Source: Acidobacteriota bacterium (GTDB lineage Bacteria; Acidobacteriota; UBA890; WLXD01). Taken from it: DNA of 64,000 nt. Shown in pieces: positions 29,445-39,897 of this stretch. Location: NCBI GenBank assembly GCA_965205505.1, contig CBDBHB010000008.1, positions 736,001 to 800,000 on the forward strand, written 5' to 3'. Every line of letters starts with the position of its first letter. Position 1 is the first letter of the stretch. The translations under genes and the position numbers were made by a program. The notes under the pieces were generated by a model. That model did not search any database. It was not told the DNA's origin and saw only the letters and a program-made list of their open reading frames with translations.

Positions 29445-31292
29445 TCATTTCTCGATCGCGCCGATGTCGCATTCCGCGCCGTTGATGCCGTCGCCATCCC
29501 GGGGCCGCTCGGTTCCGTTCTGGTCGTAGTCCGTGCAGACTTCGTCGTCGCCCCCATCGATGACGGGAGAGCCGGCCGTAGGCTGCAGCGCCAACGGCAC
29601 GACAGTCGCCTCTCCAGGTTCCCCAGGCGCCGACCCTCCGGATCCTGATCCCTCGAATGTCGAAGCGTCGCCTGGGGACCCGTCGACGTCCATCGCCTCG
29701 CCGAGTCCCAGCGCTTCGAGGCGGGGGTCAAGGGAGATGTCCGAGCTGCAGGAACCGTCGCTGTCCAAGTTGTGGCCGCCCACGGTCAAGATGCCTCGAA
29801 CCTCGCAGTCGCCGACCGTTGTTCCGGAGTCGTAGATGATCGTGTTCGACAGCTCGACCACAGTTCCGGAGTCTACGAACAGGCCGCTGGCCAGCATCCC
29901 GGCTTTGTTGCCGTACAGGGTGGTGTTGCGAACGAACACATCACCAGAGCGGCGCATGGAGACGCCGCCACCCGTCTGATCGGCGCCGTTCAAGGCAAAC
30001 GTGGAGTTCTCGATTGCCACCAAGGCATCGCTAATCAGCATCGCGCCGCCCTCTCCATTGGCGTAGTTGCCCGAGAAAGCACTGCGCTTGACGGTGCTAC
30101 TACCGCGGCTGAGATACGCTCCGCCGCCCTGCAAGGCGGTGTTGAGAATCACCGTTGACTTGTGAACCTGAACGAGCGCGGCCCCGATGACACGCATCCC
30201 ACCTCCGGCCATCCGAGCGTGGTTGTCCTTCACCGTCGTGTCTTCGAGAGTGAGGTTAGCGGGCTGAACGTTCGCAAACAGCGCTCCTCCCGAGTGTCCC
30301 GCCTGGTTGCCCTCGAACCATCCAGCGGTCGCGAGCAGCGATCCTCCCTGCATCATGAGCGCTCCGCCATTGCCATTGGTGGTCTCGCCGGCGACGTTCC
30401 CGAGCAAGCTAGACCCGGCGAGCGTCAAGTCGCATCGATCGGCATACATGCCGCCGCCGCCCGCCGCTCGATTGGCCCTCAACTCGCCATCGCTGATCGT
30501 TAGCTCTCGGCCAAAACAGGCGATCGCGCCGCCGTAATCGTCCGCCCGATTCGATTCGAATGTCGCGCCGTCAACGAGCACCGGGGCACCGCCGCTGACG
30601 AAGGCAAGCGCTCCACCGTGCCCCCCTGCCCGGTTGGCGACGAAGCTGCCTCCTGTGATGCCGTCCGCGATCCCGGACGTACTAACGGCCCCACCGGAGC
30701 CCTGCGCGGTGTTCCCGGTGAAGTCTGTGTCCTGCAACGTCAAGCTCCCCTCGTTGCCGCTGGCGATCGCGCCACCGGAGCCGGCGGCAGCACGGTTGGA
30801 GTCGAAGATCGACGAGATCGCGGAGAAGCGCGCTGCTCCAGCGTTGTAGATAGCACCACCGCTTTGCACAGCGAAGCAGTGAACGACCAAGACATTGTCC
30901 AGGCTCGTACGGCCGGAGTTGTGAATGCAACCACCGCGCGGATTCGGGGTGTCGCCGGTCTCACCGCCGCTACCCCGCAGCGTCACGCGCGACAGGTGCA
31001 AGTCACCCTCGGAGTCCACCGTGATCACCGGGCCGCCGTTCGCCGTGATCACGGCGGCGAGCGGACTGGCACTCTCCGACGCCCCGGTGATGCGGACTGC
31101 GCCGTCGACGGTGAGCCGCTCACTGTAGGTGCCCGCACCCAAGGCGATCCGGGTGCAGCCACGTCCAATCGCCTCAGCAATGCTGTCGCCGTCGGCCAAG
31201 ACACACGACTGTGAAGCTGCCTCGCCTGGCACAACGCCGGCCAGCCCGCCGAAGAGGCACGCCGACATCGTCAAACGGAAGAATCCGCGCAT
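29445..31292 (-). CDS. Secreted right-handed beta-helix protein (Pmp-like repeats, choice-of-anchor-Q-like tail)
   Basis: Repeated FxxNxA..GGA motifs; tail SPVIDGG..C...DQNG..R...CDIGAIE; AGGAG RBS before ATG 31292. Confidence 0.8.
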   Translation of the reverse strand: MRGFFRLTMSACLFGGLAGVVPGEAASQSCVLADGDSIAEAIGRGCTRIALGAGTYSERLTVDGAVRITGASESASPLAAVITANGGPVITVDSEGDLHLSRVTLRGSGGETGDTPNPRGGCIHNSGRTSLDNVLVVHCFAVQSGGAIYNAGAARFSAISSIFDSNRAAAGSGGAIASGNEGSLTLQDTDFTGNTAQGSGGAVSTSGIADGITGGSFVANRAGGHGGALAFVSGGAPVLVDGATFESNRADDYGGAIACFGRELTISDGELRANRAAGGGGMYADRCDLTLAGSSLLGNVAGETTNGNGGALMMQGGSLLATAGWFEGNQAGHSGGALFANVQPANLTLEDTTVKDNHARMAGGGMRVIGAALVQVHKSTVILNTALQGGGAYLSRGSSTVKRSAFSGNYANGEGGAMLISDALVAIENSTFALNGADQTGGGVSMRRSGDVFVRNTTLYGNKAGMLASGLFVDSGTVVELSNTIIYDSGTTVGDCEVRGILTVGGHNLDSDGSCSSDISLDPRLEALGLGEAMDVDGSPGDASTFEGSGSGGSAPGEPGEATVVPLALQPTAGSPVIDGGDDEVCTDYDQNGTERPRDGDGINGAECDIGAIEK

Positions 31293-31486
31293 CGTCTCCT
31301 CTTGAATCACCGGCGCTTCGTCGGAGGGCGCCGGTAGCGCGAGAAACCACAGCGCCCCCGGCGCCGTGTCGGAATATACAGCGATCATGGAACCAGTCAA
31401 CGAATTCTCCTCCGCAAGGCGCTCCCGTCGGCTCGAATCGATAGAATCCAGGCTTCCGACCGCAACCCGATATGAGGAGAGCTCCA

Positions 31487-33532
31487 ATGAAAGCGCCATC
31501 GCTGATCCTGGCTACGGCTCTGTTGTCATCGCCCGTTGGGATCGCGGTCGAGGCACAGCAAGCGAGCCCCGCCGAGCTGCGAGTGCAGCCTACGGAGCTG
31601 GCTCTCGACGTGGGCGACACAGCACAGATCGAGGCAATCGTCGTCGACGCGGCCGGCAATGCGTTGAACGTGCCCGTGCTCTATCTATCGATGTCTCGCC
31701 GCGACGTTGCGGTCAGCCAAGACGGTCGTATCGCGGCTCAGAGACCAGGCGAGTTCACCATCGTGGTGCGAGTCCCCATGGAGGGGAGGGCCGGGCCGGG
31801 AGCGGAAGCGCTACTCGAGAGGCGTGTACGCGTCACGATCGCGCCTCCCGCGGTCACTGCGGTGGCCTTTGTGGGGCCCCCTAACCGCTATTACGCCGGC
31901 TCGGCGGTACAGCTGGAGGTACGGGCAACGAGCACCGACGGGAACGTCCGCCGGGATCCGGCGGTGCGGTACTCCACCGACGACGCCACTGTGGCCAGCG
32001 TCGATGACCGCGGCAACTTGAAACTGCTGCGCAACGGACGGACTCGAGTAGTGGCAACTGTCGACGCGGTCAGCACGACATTGCCAATCACGGTAGAGCC
32101 CAACCCAGTCGCTTCCGTAACCCTCAACGCCGAGACGACCGGCGCGAGGACCGGCGACGTGATCCGATTCGAGGCCACCCCGCGGGACGCCAGCGGGAAC
32201 CGGGTGCCCGAGGCACCGGTTCTCTATACGTTCCGCGCCGACACCGTAGAGCAAGACAAGGGCGAACCGCCGTCGGGAATGATCGCCCAAGACGGCCGCT
32301 TCGTCGCAGATCTGCCTGGCGACTACACCGTCGTGGCCGTCTCCGCTGGGCACTCCGCCGTGCGCACCGTGCACATCGAGCCGCGCCGAGCCCGCCGGGA
32401 TATCGAGCTCGTCGGACAGGGTCCAGTGCGTGACCGGTTCGGCTCCGACCTGTGGGTCTGGGAGGCAGCGGACGGCCGCGACTACGCGGTCACTGGGACC
32501 TGGGGTGCCGAGGGTCACGCGTACTTCTGGGACGTCACCGACCCGGCGAACATGAAGATCGTCGACGTCGTCTTGGTCGACGCGCGCACCGTCAACGACG
32601 TCAAGATCTCGGCGGACGGGCGCATCGGCGTGATCAGCCGCGAGGGGGCCTCGGACCGATGTAACGGGCTGGTGATCCTGGACGTTTCGAGCCCGGCGGA
32701 AGGTGTGCGGGTGCTGTCCCGCTTCGACGACCAGCTCACCGGTGGTGTCCACAACGTGTTCATGTACGAAGACCACGTGTACGCGCTTTCGGGCGGCCAG
32801 CGATACGACATCATCAACATCGAAGATCCTGCCAATCCGCATCGCGTCGGTAGGTTCGAGCTCGACACGCTGGGCCACGCCATCCACGACGTCTGGGTCG
32901 AAGACGGCGTCGCGTACTCGTCCAACTGGGCCGACGGCATCGTCGCCGTCGATGTCGGTGGCGGCGGCGAGGGCGGCTCACCGCGCAACCCGGTGATGTT
33001 GGGGAGCTATACCTATCCGAGCGGCTGGAACCACGCCGCGGTCCCTTACCGCAGCAAATCGACCGGCAAACGGTACGTGTTTGCGGGCGACGAGGCAGCG
33101 CGAGGCCGTCCTGGACGTCCGGAGTTCAGTGAGGGGACGCCCGGCTACGACAACGAGCCCGAGCGCTTCAAGGGCTGGATCCACATCATCGAGTGGGACG
33201 ACTGGGACAACCCGAAGGAGGTAGCCCGCTACGAGGTGCCAGAAGCGGGGACCCACAACATCTGGGTCGAAGACGACATTCTCTATGTCGGCTACTATGC
33301 GGGCGGTCTGCGCGTCGTGGACGTTTCTGGCGAGCTCATGGGCGACCTGTACCGTCAGGGGCGCGAGATCGCCTACTTCAAGTCGCTCGACCCGGAGGGC
33401 TTCGTGCCAAACGCTCCGCTAGTGTGGGGCGCTCAGCCGTACAAGGGCAACATCTTTTTTGTCGACGGCCACTCTGGTCTCTGGGCCGTCCGACTTGTCG
33501 ACTCCGAGGCCGGAACAGCATCCGACGAATAG
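31487..33532 (+). CDS. Ig-like (Big-2) + LVIVD-repeat secreted protein
   Basis: Signal peptide, Ig-like repeats, SDLWVW, ARTVNDVK, GGVHN, IHDVWV, GGLRVVDVS. Confidence 0.8.
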   Translation: MKAPSLILATALLSSPVGIAVEAQQASPAELRVQPTELALDVGDTAQIEAIVVDAAGNALNVPVLYLSMSRRDVAVSQDGRIAAQRPGEFTIVVRVPMEGRAGPGAEALLERRVRVTIAPPAVTAVAFVGPPNRYYAGSAVQLEVRATSTDGNVRRDPAVRYSTDDATVASVDDRGNLKLLRNGRTRVVATVDAVSTTLPITVEPNPVASVTLNAETTGARTGDVIRFEATPRDASGNRVPEAPVLYTFRADTVEQDKGEPPSGMIAQDGRFVADLPGDYTVVAVSAGHSAVRTVHIEPRRARRDIELVGQGPVRDRFGSDLWVWEAADGRDYAVTGTWGAEGHAYFWDVTDPANMKIVDVVLVDARTVNDVKISADGRIGVISREGASDRCNGLVILDVSSPAEGVRVLSRFDDQLTGGVHNVFMYEDHVYALSGGQRYDIINIEDPANPHRVGRFELDTLGHAIHDVWVEDGVAYSSNWADGIVAVDVGGGGEGGSPRNPVMLGSYTYPSGWNHAAVPYRSKSTGKRYVFAGDEAARGRPGRPEFSEGTPGYDNEPERFKGWIHIIEWDDWDNPKEVARYEVPEAGTHNIWVEDDILYVGYYAGGLRVVDVSGELMGDLYRQGREIAYFKSLDPEGFVPNAPLVWGAQPYKGNIFFVDGHSGLWAVRLVDSEAGTASDE

Positions 33533-33588
33533 CCTCACACTGATCTCATCTGCCTCCGGAACGCTCCCCAGTGCGGAACACCTGTGGG

Positions 33589-36270
33589 TCAGTGAGCCGG
33601 GCCGAAGAACACGGCGTTCAGGAACAACAGGTTCAGTCCATCGGTGTAGGCGCGGAAGTTAGGCTCTTCCGCGAATGCGACCACGTGGCCGCTGCCATGG
33701 GGCTGGTGCATCAGATAGGCGGTGTCGGCAAATGTGGCGGCGGAATCAGGCCAAACGAAACCGCTCAACACGAGATCATCATCGCCAGAGTAGAGCGCGA
33801 CGTTGGTGCCGTCGGTGATCTCGAGCGGGCGGAACACGTTACCGGTGTCGACCATGACGTTGGCGGCGCCGTCATAGCCTGCCGACAGCCAATGGTCGGG
33901 ATCGAGCTGCACGCGGAAGATCGCCCCCGGCACGCGGTACGGCAGTCGCGTCTCCTGCCCCTCGGTGCCTTCCGGCCGGCCGTCGCGTAGCTGGCGAGCT
34001 GTAGACAGCAGCCCGACGCCCTCGGTAGTGAGCCATGACGTGGCGTCGCGGAAGGTGATCAGGGTGCCGCCGGCACGCACCCAACGGCGGATGCGCTCGG
34101 CTCCCGATCGCCCTAGCGCCTCGTCGTAGCCACCGCGCCGCGGATGGGGCAGCACCAACACGTTGAAGTCATCGAGCCCGTCAGCTCCCAGTCGTCGCGT
34201 CGGGATGACCGTCACCGGATAGTCGTAGGATTGCTCGAGCAAATAGCGCGTCCACCCGGCTGACGAGGGATCGGTGGGTATGTCGTAGGCGATCGCCACC
34301 TTGATCGGCGGAATGAACCGCACGTCCGGGCTGCCAAAGTTGACGCCCTCTTCGACCCACGATGAATCGACGGCGTAGATCTGAGCACCGGTATCAGCCG
34401 CAACGCGCTCGAGCGTCGCGTGCAGAGTCTCGGGATTCTCCCTCACGTCGACGATCAGTGAGCCACGCGGAAAACGTACGCCGTCCGCCTGCATCGTCGC
34501 ATTGGCTGTCCGCACCCGTAGTCCCTCGCGCAACATGCGCGCCAACGCCCGAGCGGTGTCGTTGTGCCCCCACGGCAGCAGGTAGGCAAGCTGCGCGACG
34601 CCACCGTGCACGCGGCCCATCGGAGCGGGAGGCTCGCTGAGGAGGAGAAACTCGCCTGTCGACGGCGTCTCCGCCTGATAGGCGTCGAGATCGTGGACCA
34701 GGGGGAGCGACCAGGCGCTGATGTCGTAGATCTGATGGTCGAGTCCGGCAGCGTATCGACGCAGTTGCTCGTCGACGAACGGCTGGTCCATCGGCAGATC
34801 CTCGACCATCAACATCTTTATGAGGTGCTTTGTCGGTTGCGCCAGCGAGACTACGTACGTTCCGGTCTCGAACTGCCGTGGGCCGACGGGCCCTCCGTAG
34901 TAGTCGCGCACCTGTGGGTTGGTGAACGGTGCTGTCGCCAGCCTCACCTCGATGCCCTGCGCCATGAGCAACGCCGCCGTACGACGGGTGCGGCCGGGGT
35001 CACGACCCGGAGGCAGGATGTACTCCTTGACGGTCTCCGCGGCCCCCTCGGCGATGGCGTCGCGACGGAAGTTGTAGAAGCCTCGCAGCACCGCCTCACG
35101 ATTCGTCGCCGTCGTCTCCGCCGTTGCCAGGGAGGCGGTGAAGTGGCGCTGCACGCTGTCACGGTAACGCCACACACTGTCGTCGTTCCGCTGCACGACC
35201 AAGCCCCCGACCCCGGCGACCTCGTAGGTCATGCCTATGGAGCCCTGTGCCAGCGGCCAGCCATCCCCATAGCCTGGATAGAACGAGTCGAATACCTGCC
35301 GCGAGTAATAGGCGAATCCCATGCGATCGAACCAGCGGGCATTGTTCTCACCGTACAGAGCGAGTCCATCGAGTTGTGCCGGTGTCCACTCCGGGTTGAT
35401 GGGCGGCGCCGGCGGCGCGAAGTAGTACGACCCGTTCGTTCCCATCTCGTGCAGGTCCGGATGCACCTGCGGGAACCAATCGAGGAACGCCTTCGTGCGG
35501 CCGCGCGACTCGATCTGCGTCTGCGCGAACCAGTCGCGATTGATGTCGAACAGGTAGTGGCTGTACCGACCGCCCGGCCACGCCTGAACGCGCTCGTTGG
35601 CCAACGGGTGCGCATCAGGCGTTCGGCCGCGAGTCTGCCGATAGTGCTGAACCACGCGGGCGCGGCCGTCGGGGTTCTGCATCGCATCGATAATCACGAT
35701 GCTGTTGTCGAGCACCGTTCGCGCCACCGGGTCATCGACCACTGCCACCAGGTGGTAAGCAGTGAGCATCGCGGCGACGCTGCTCGAAATCTCGTCGCCA
35801 TGCACGCCGTAAGCGAGCCAGGTGATCGAGGGCAGCGATGCAATCAGCTCCTCGGCAGCCGCATCACCGAGCGACCGCGGATCAGCCAGCTGCTGCATGC
35901 CGGCCTGAACCTCATCCAGGCGAGCCATGTTCGCCTCGGAGGCCACGACCATATAGTGCAAAGGGCGGCCCTCCCAACTGCTTCCGTACTGGACGAGCTT
36001 GGTGCGTGGTGAGGCCGTGTCGAGGGCGCGGAGATACTGGGTGACTTCCTCGGGCGAGGTAATGCGCTCGGCCCAGGCATGTCCGACGATCTCCTCGAGT
36101 GTCGGCACCGAAGGCTCATACTCGGCGCCCGGATAGAGCGGCAACGAAACGGCAGAGTCTCCGCTATCGGTGATCGGCGCGAGTTGCTGCCCGGTGGGCG
36201 ACGCCAGCGCGCTTGCATGCAGCGCTGCGACCAGGAAGACCAACCCATATCTGTTTGCTGCACGGTGCAT
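33589..36270 (-). CDS. M14-family zinc carboxypeptidase, exported
   Basis: VHGDE, QNPDG, DINRDW, DLHEM, GMTYE. Confidence 0.87.
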   Translation of the reverse strand: MHRAANRYGLVFLVAALHASALASPTGQQLAPITDSGDSAVSLPLYPGAEYEPSVPTLEEIVGHAWAERITSPEEVTQYLRALDTASPRTKLVQYGSSWEGRPLHYMVVASEANMARLDEVQAGMQQLADPRSLGDAAAEELIASLPSITWLAYGVHGDEISSSVAAMLTAYHLVAVVDDPVARTVLDNSIVIIDAMQNPDGRARVVQHYRQTRGRTPDAHPLANERVQAWPGGRYSHYLFDINRDWFAQTQIESRGRTKAFLDWFPQVHPDLHEMGTNGSYYFAPPAPPINPEWTPAQLDGLALYGENNARWFDRMGFAYYSRQVFDSFYPGYGDGWPLAQGSIGMTYEVAGVGGLVVQRNDDSVWRYRDSVQRHFTASLATAETTATNREAVLRGFYNFRRDAIAEGAAETVKEYILPPGRDPGRTRRTAALLMAQGIEVRLATAPFTNPQVRDYYGGPVGPRQFETGTYVVSLAQPTKHLIKMLMVEDLPMDQPFVDEQLRRYAAGLDHQIYDISAWSLPLVHDLDAYQAETPSTGEFLLLSEPPAPMGRVHGGVAQLAYLLPWGHNDTARALARMLREGLRVRTANATMQADGVRFPRGSLIVDVRENPETLHATLERVAADTGAQIYAVDSSWVEEGVNFGSPDVRFIPPIKVAIAYDIPTDPSSAGWTRYLLEQSYDYPVTVIPTRRLGADGLDDFNVLVLPHPRRGGYDEALGRSGAERIRRWVRAGGTLITFRDATSWLTTEGVGLLSTARQLRDGRPEGTEGQETRLPYRVPGAIFRVQLDPDHWLSAGYDGAANVMVDTGNVFRPLEITDGTNVALYSGDDDLVLSGFVWPDSAATFADTAYLMHQPHGSGHVVAFAEEPNFRAYTDGLNLLFLNAVFFGPAH

Positions 36271-36499
36271 GATGCCTCCGGAGTCGTCTCTCATGTTCGG
36301 GCTAGTGCTACGCCCCAGAAATAGTGGTACGCCTGTAGCGAGCGCCGTGCCGCCGCTACCCTACGGGCAGAGGGTATTGCGGGCGTACCACTATTTCTGG
36401 GGCGCAGCACTAGTATCTCGTTGCCCGGCGCCGCTTCTCAAGCAAGCGCGTGGTAACAGTGGGCGCAGCTGGCTACCTGCATTCCTCCTGGAGGTATCG

Positions 36500-38776
36500 A
36501 TGCGACTCGGTCGTGTTCTCGTATTCGCAGGATTGAGTGTCGCCATATTGGCTTTGACGGCGGCAGCCCAGGATCGAAATCCACACGGAATGCCCATTGT
36601 CGGCTACGCCGATCGAATGACCGTGCAGCCGGGCGAGACCATCCGGTTCATGGTGAGCAGCCTCGCGTCACAGTATCGCGCCGAAATCGTGCGGCTGATC
36701 CACAGCGACCCTAATCCCAACGGCCCGGGGATCAAGGAGGAGCCCGTCGAATCCACCGTCAGCGGGCCATACCCGGGACAGTTTCAGCCGCTCCCGAACG
36801 GCTCCTACGTCACAGTGCCCGACGATCCGAGGCTGCGACCGAGCGCCAGCTTCACCATCCAGGCATGGATCTACGCCACCACACCGGACAAAGGACAGCA
36901 GGGGATCGTCACCAAATGGTCGGCGGCGGACGGCGCCGGCTACGGTCTCGGGCTCGACGATTCCGGGCAACTGGCGCTTTGGATGAGCGACGGAGCCGGT
37001 CGGCTGGCCGCAGTGAACAGCGGAGCGCCGCTGGCACAGTCGTATCCGCGCTCCGATCCCCCCGGCTACAACCTCACCACGCTGCCGCCGCGCGCCACCA
37101 CCTGGTACTTCGTCGCCGCCTCGTTCGACGCTGATGCCGGCAAGATCACGCTCTACCAAGAGCCGGCCAGCAGGTGGCCTGGCGACGCCTCGCGGAAAGT
37201 CGTGGAGCACGACACGGACGTTCGATCCGTTCATCACACGGAGGCTCCCCTGCTCATCGCCGCGGGGTGGAATCGCTGGACCGCGGAGGACCCCACACCA
37301 GGCGGGTTCTTCAACGGCAAGATCGACAGCCCACGTCTGTTCGACCGCGCCTTGAGCGCTGATGAGATTGCGGCGCTCAGGCAGGGATCGGCTCCCGTAC
37401 GGCCGACTGCCGCGTGGAATTTCGCCGCCGACATGTCGTCACGCCGGATTGCCGACGGCTCGTCCAACGGCGTCCATGGCACGACCGTGAACATGCCCAC
37501 ACGAGCTGTTACCGGCCACAACTGGAGCGGCGACGAGGTCGACTTCAAGCGTGCTCCCGAGCAATACGCCGCCATCCACTTCCATGATGACGACATGGAC
37601 GACGCCAAGTGGGACGTCGCCTTCGAATACACCGTGCCCGAGGGACTACGCAGCGGCGTCTATGCGGCCCGGCTACGCGCCGGCGACGCCGAGGACTCGG
37701 TGCCGTTCTTCGTGCGACCCAAGAAGGGTACCCACAACGCCGCGATCGCGCTGCTGATTCCGACCTTCAGCTACCTGGCGTATGCGAACAGCTTTGACCG
37801 CACAACGCCGGAGCTACGCGGCCAATACGACCACCACTCCGACGGCAGCGGCGTGGCCTACTCCTCGGTGCTTCGACCGAAGCTCGACATTCGCCCGAAC
37901 GTCCCTTCGAACAACCCGTGGGAGTTCATCGCCGACATGCATCTGGTTGACTGGCTCGAGGCGAAGGAATTCGCATACGACGTCATTACCGACCATGCGC
38001 TGCACGCCGAAGGTCGCGAGCTGTTAGACCCGTATCGGGTGGTGGTCACCGGAACGCACCCGGAGTACTACTCGCTGCAGATGCTCGACGCCGTGGACGA
38101 GTATCTGCAGGCCGGCGGACGCGTCATGTACATGGGCGGCAACGGCTTCTACTGGATCACCAGCCTGGACCCTGGATATCCGCATACCACAGAGCTGCGC
38201 CGCTCGGGCGGAACGCAGTATTGGGAGGCGCAGCCGGGCGAGTATTACCACAGCACCACCGGCGAGATGGGTGGCCTCTGGCGCAACCGTGGGCGCGCCC
38301 CACAACGGCTCGTTGGGGTCGGCTTCACCGCTCAGGGCTTCGACGTCAACTCGCCCTATCGACGGCTGCCGGACAGCTTCGACCCGCGGGCCGCATTCAT
38401 CTTCGAGGGCATCGGCCCCGAGGAGATGATCGGCAACTTCCCTTCCCTGGTGCTCAGCTTCGGCGCCGCCGGCTCGGAGCTCGATCGCGCCGACCATTTC
38501 CTCGGCACGCCGTCGCACGCGCTGCTGCTGGCGACCTCAGCGGGCAGGCACTCCGATGAGTACCAACACGTCGTGGAGGAGGTGCAAACGTCGAACCAGG
38601 GTCCATGGGACGAGATGGTGCGTGCCGACATGGTCTATTTCGAGTATCCGAACAACGGCGCGGTGTGGACTTCGGCTTCGATCGCCTGGTCCGGCAGCCT
38701 CTCCTATGACAACTACGACAACAACGTCTCGCGCATCACCGAGAACGTGTTGCGGAGGTTCGCCTCGGAGTGGTAG
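36500..38776 (+). CDS. N,N-dimethylformamidase beta-subunit family protein with LamG-like domain and signal peptide
   Basis: [73 protein letters not shown] before ATG 36500. Confidence 0.85.
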   Translation: MRLGRVLVFAGLSVAILALTAAAQDRNPHGMPIVGYADRMTVQPGETIRFMVSSLASQYRAEIVRLIHSDPNPNGPGIKEEPVESTVSGPYPGQFQPLPNGSYVTVPDDPRLRPSASFTIQAWIYATTPDKGQQGIVTKWSAADGAGYGLGLDDSGQLALWMSDGAGRLAAVNSGAPLAQSYPRSDPPGYNLTTLPPRATTWYFVAASFDADAGKITLYQEPASRWPGDASRKVVEHDTDVRSVHHTEAPLLIAAGWNRWTAEDPTPGGFFNGKIDSPRLFDRALSADEIAALRQGSAPVRPTAAWNFAADMSSRRIADGSSNGVHGTTVNMPTRAVTGHNWSGDEVDFKRAPEQYAAIHFHDDDMDDAKWDVAFEYTVPEGLRSGVYAARLRAGDAEDSVPFFVRPKKGTHNAAIALLIPTFSYLAYANSFDRTTPELRGQYDHHSDGSGVAYSSVLRPKLDIRPNVPSNNPWEFIADMHLVDWLEAKEFAYDVITDHALHAEGRELLDPYRVVVTGTHPEYYSLQMLDAVDEYLQAGGRVMYMGGNGFYWITSLDPGYPHTTELRRSGGTQYWEAQPGEYYHSTTGEMGGLWRNRGRAPQRLVGVGFTAQGFDVNSPYRRLPDSFDPRAAFIFEGIGPEEMIGNFPSLVLSFGAAGSELDRADHFLGTPSHALLLATSAGRHSDEYQHVVEEVQTSNQGPWDEMVRADMVYFEYPNNGAVWTSASIAWSGSLSYDNYDNNVSRITENVLRRFASEW

Positions 38777-39593
38777 CCGGCTGATTCGCATCGGCTCGGG
38801 ACGGCAGCTCGCGGACCCAGATGTTGCGGAAGCTCACCGGATTACGGTGATCCTGGAGCTGTATCGGTTCCCGCGCCGAATGCGGCTCGTAGGCCGGCTC
38901 GCCGACGAACACGCTCGATCCCCGCAAGGTGACGTGATGTTGCACCAGCACACCGTTGTGCAGAACGGTCATGGTGGCGGGGCTCTCTACCTCTCCTGCG
39001 GCGCCAAACCGCGGCGCCTCGAAGAGGATGTCATACGTCTGCCACTGTCCCGGAGCACGCGAGGCGTTCACCTGCGGGATGTGCTGCTTGTAGATGCTCG
39101 CGGCTTGGCCGTTCGAGTAGGTGCGGTTGTTGAATGAGTCGAGCACCTGCACTTCGTAGCGATTCATCAGAAACACGCCGCTGTTGCCGCGACCCTGGCC
39201 CTCGCCCTCGATGACGTCCGGCGTGCGCCATTCGACATGTAGCTGAACGTCGCCGAAGCCCTGCCGTGTGTACAGGTTCCCGGCGCCGGGAGCCACGGTC
39301 ATCACCCCGTCGTGAACCTCCCAAGCCGCGTCGCCGTCGGCATGGCGCCAAGCATCCAGGCCGGTCCCGTCGAACAGCACTATGGCGTCGGCGGGCGGCG
39401 CGCCCGCCCCGCCCGGATCGACCATTCGCGGCTCCGGGTCCCACACCTCGGTAAGTGTCGGATCGCCCTCTTGTTGCGCTGCCGACGACGCCATGATCCC
39501 GGTGCCGATGGCGAACGTCAAAACGATCGCCGCCCGCAAACCAACCTTCCCGGCGACTGCCCAGCCGCTACTCGGCTCGCGCTCGTACCTCAT
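38736..39593 (-). CDS. DUF1080 (3-keto-disaccharide hydrolase-like) protein
   Basis: [47 protein letters not shown]. Confidence 0.85.
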   Translation of the reverse strand: MRYEREPSSGWAVAGKVGLRAAIVLTFAIGTGIMASSAAQQEGDPTLTEVWDPEPRMVDPGGAGAPPADAIVLFDGTGLDAWRHADGDAAWEVHDGVMTVAPGAGNLYTRQGFGDVQLHVEWRTPDVIEGEGQGRGNSGVFLMNRYEVQVLDSFNNRTYSNGQAASIYKQHIPQVNASRAPGQWQTYDILFEAPRFGAAGEVESPATMTVLHNGVLVQHHVTLRGSSVFVGEPAYEPHSAREPIQLQDHRNPVSFRNIWVRELPSRADANQPATTPRRTSATRSR

Positions 39594-39897
39594 CCAGCTC
39601 CCTCCTTCCGCTCCGACCTTCCGGGCCTCCATGGTACGCGGAAGTCAGGCACTCGCGGTAACCGGGCAGTTGACTGTTGGCCAGATCTTCTCGAAGCGCG
39701 GCGTATTGTGGTTCCTGGTCGAGCAGCGTTTTCGTGACGGCGCCGATCGCACGACCCTGGCGCTCAACGGAGTATTCTGACCTCGCTGGTCTTTGTGTCG
39801 CAGGCGGCGTCGCTCAGCGCATGCGCGGCTACTGCCCACCGCTCACTGCTGCGATAGGCTCCGATTAGTCGCCGGCGTCGTGAACCGGGTCCGCGGC

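Noticed and set aside
29445-31292. Pmp-like protein as an autotransporter or toxin system
   Set aside because: No C-terminal beta-barrel, partner transporter or immunity gene; it is a common secreted beta-helix architecture.
39600-39800. Protein-like minus-strand frame (EYSVERQGRAIGAVTKTLLDQEPQYAALREDL...) between the symporter and DUF1080 genes
   Set aside because: No start codon or recognisable family; may be a gene remnant but cannot be supported.
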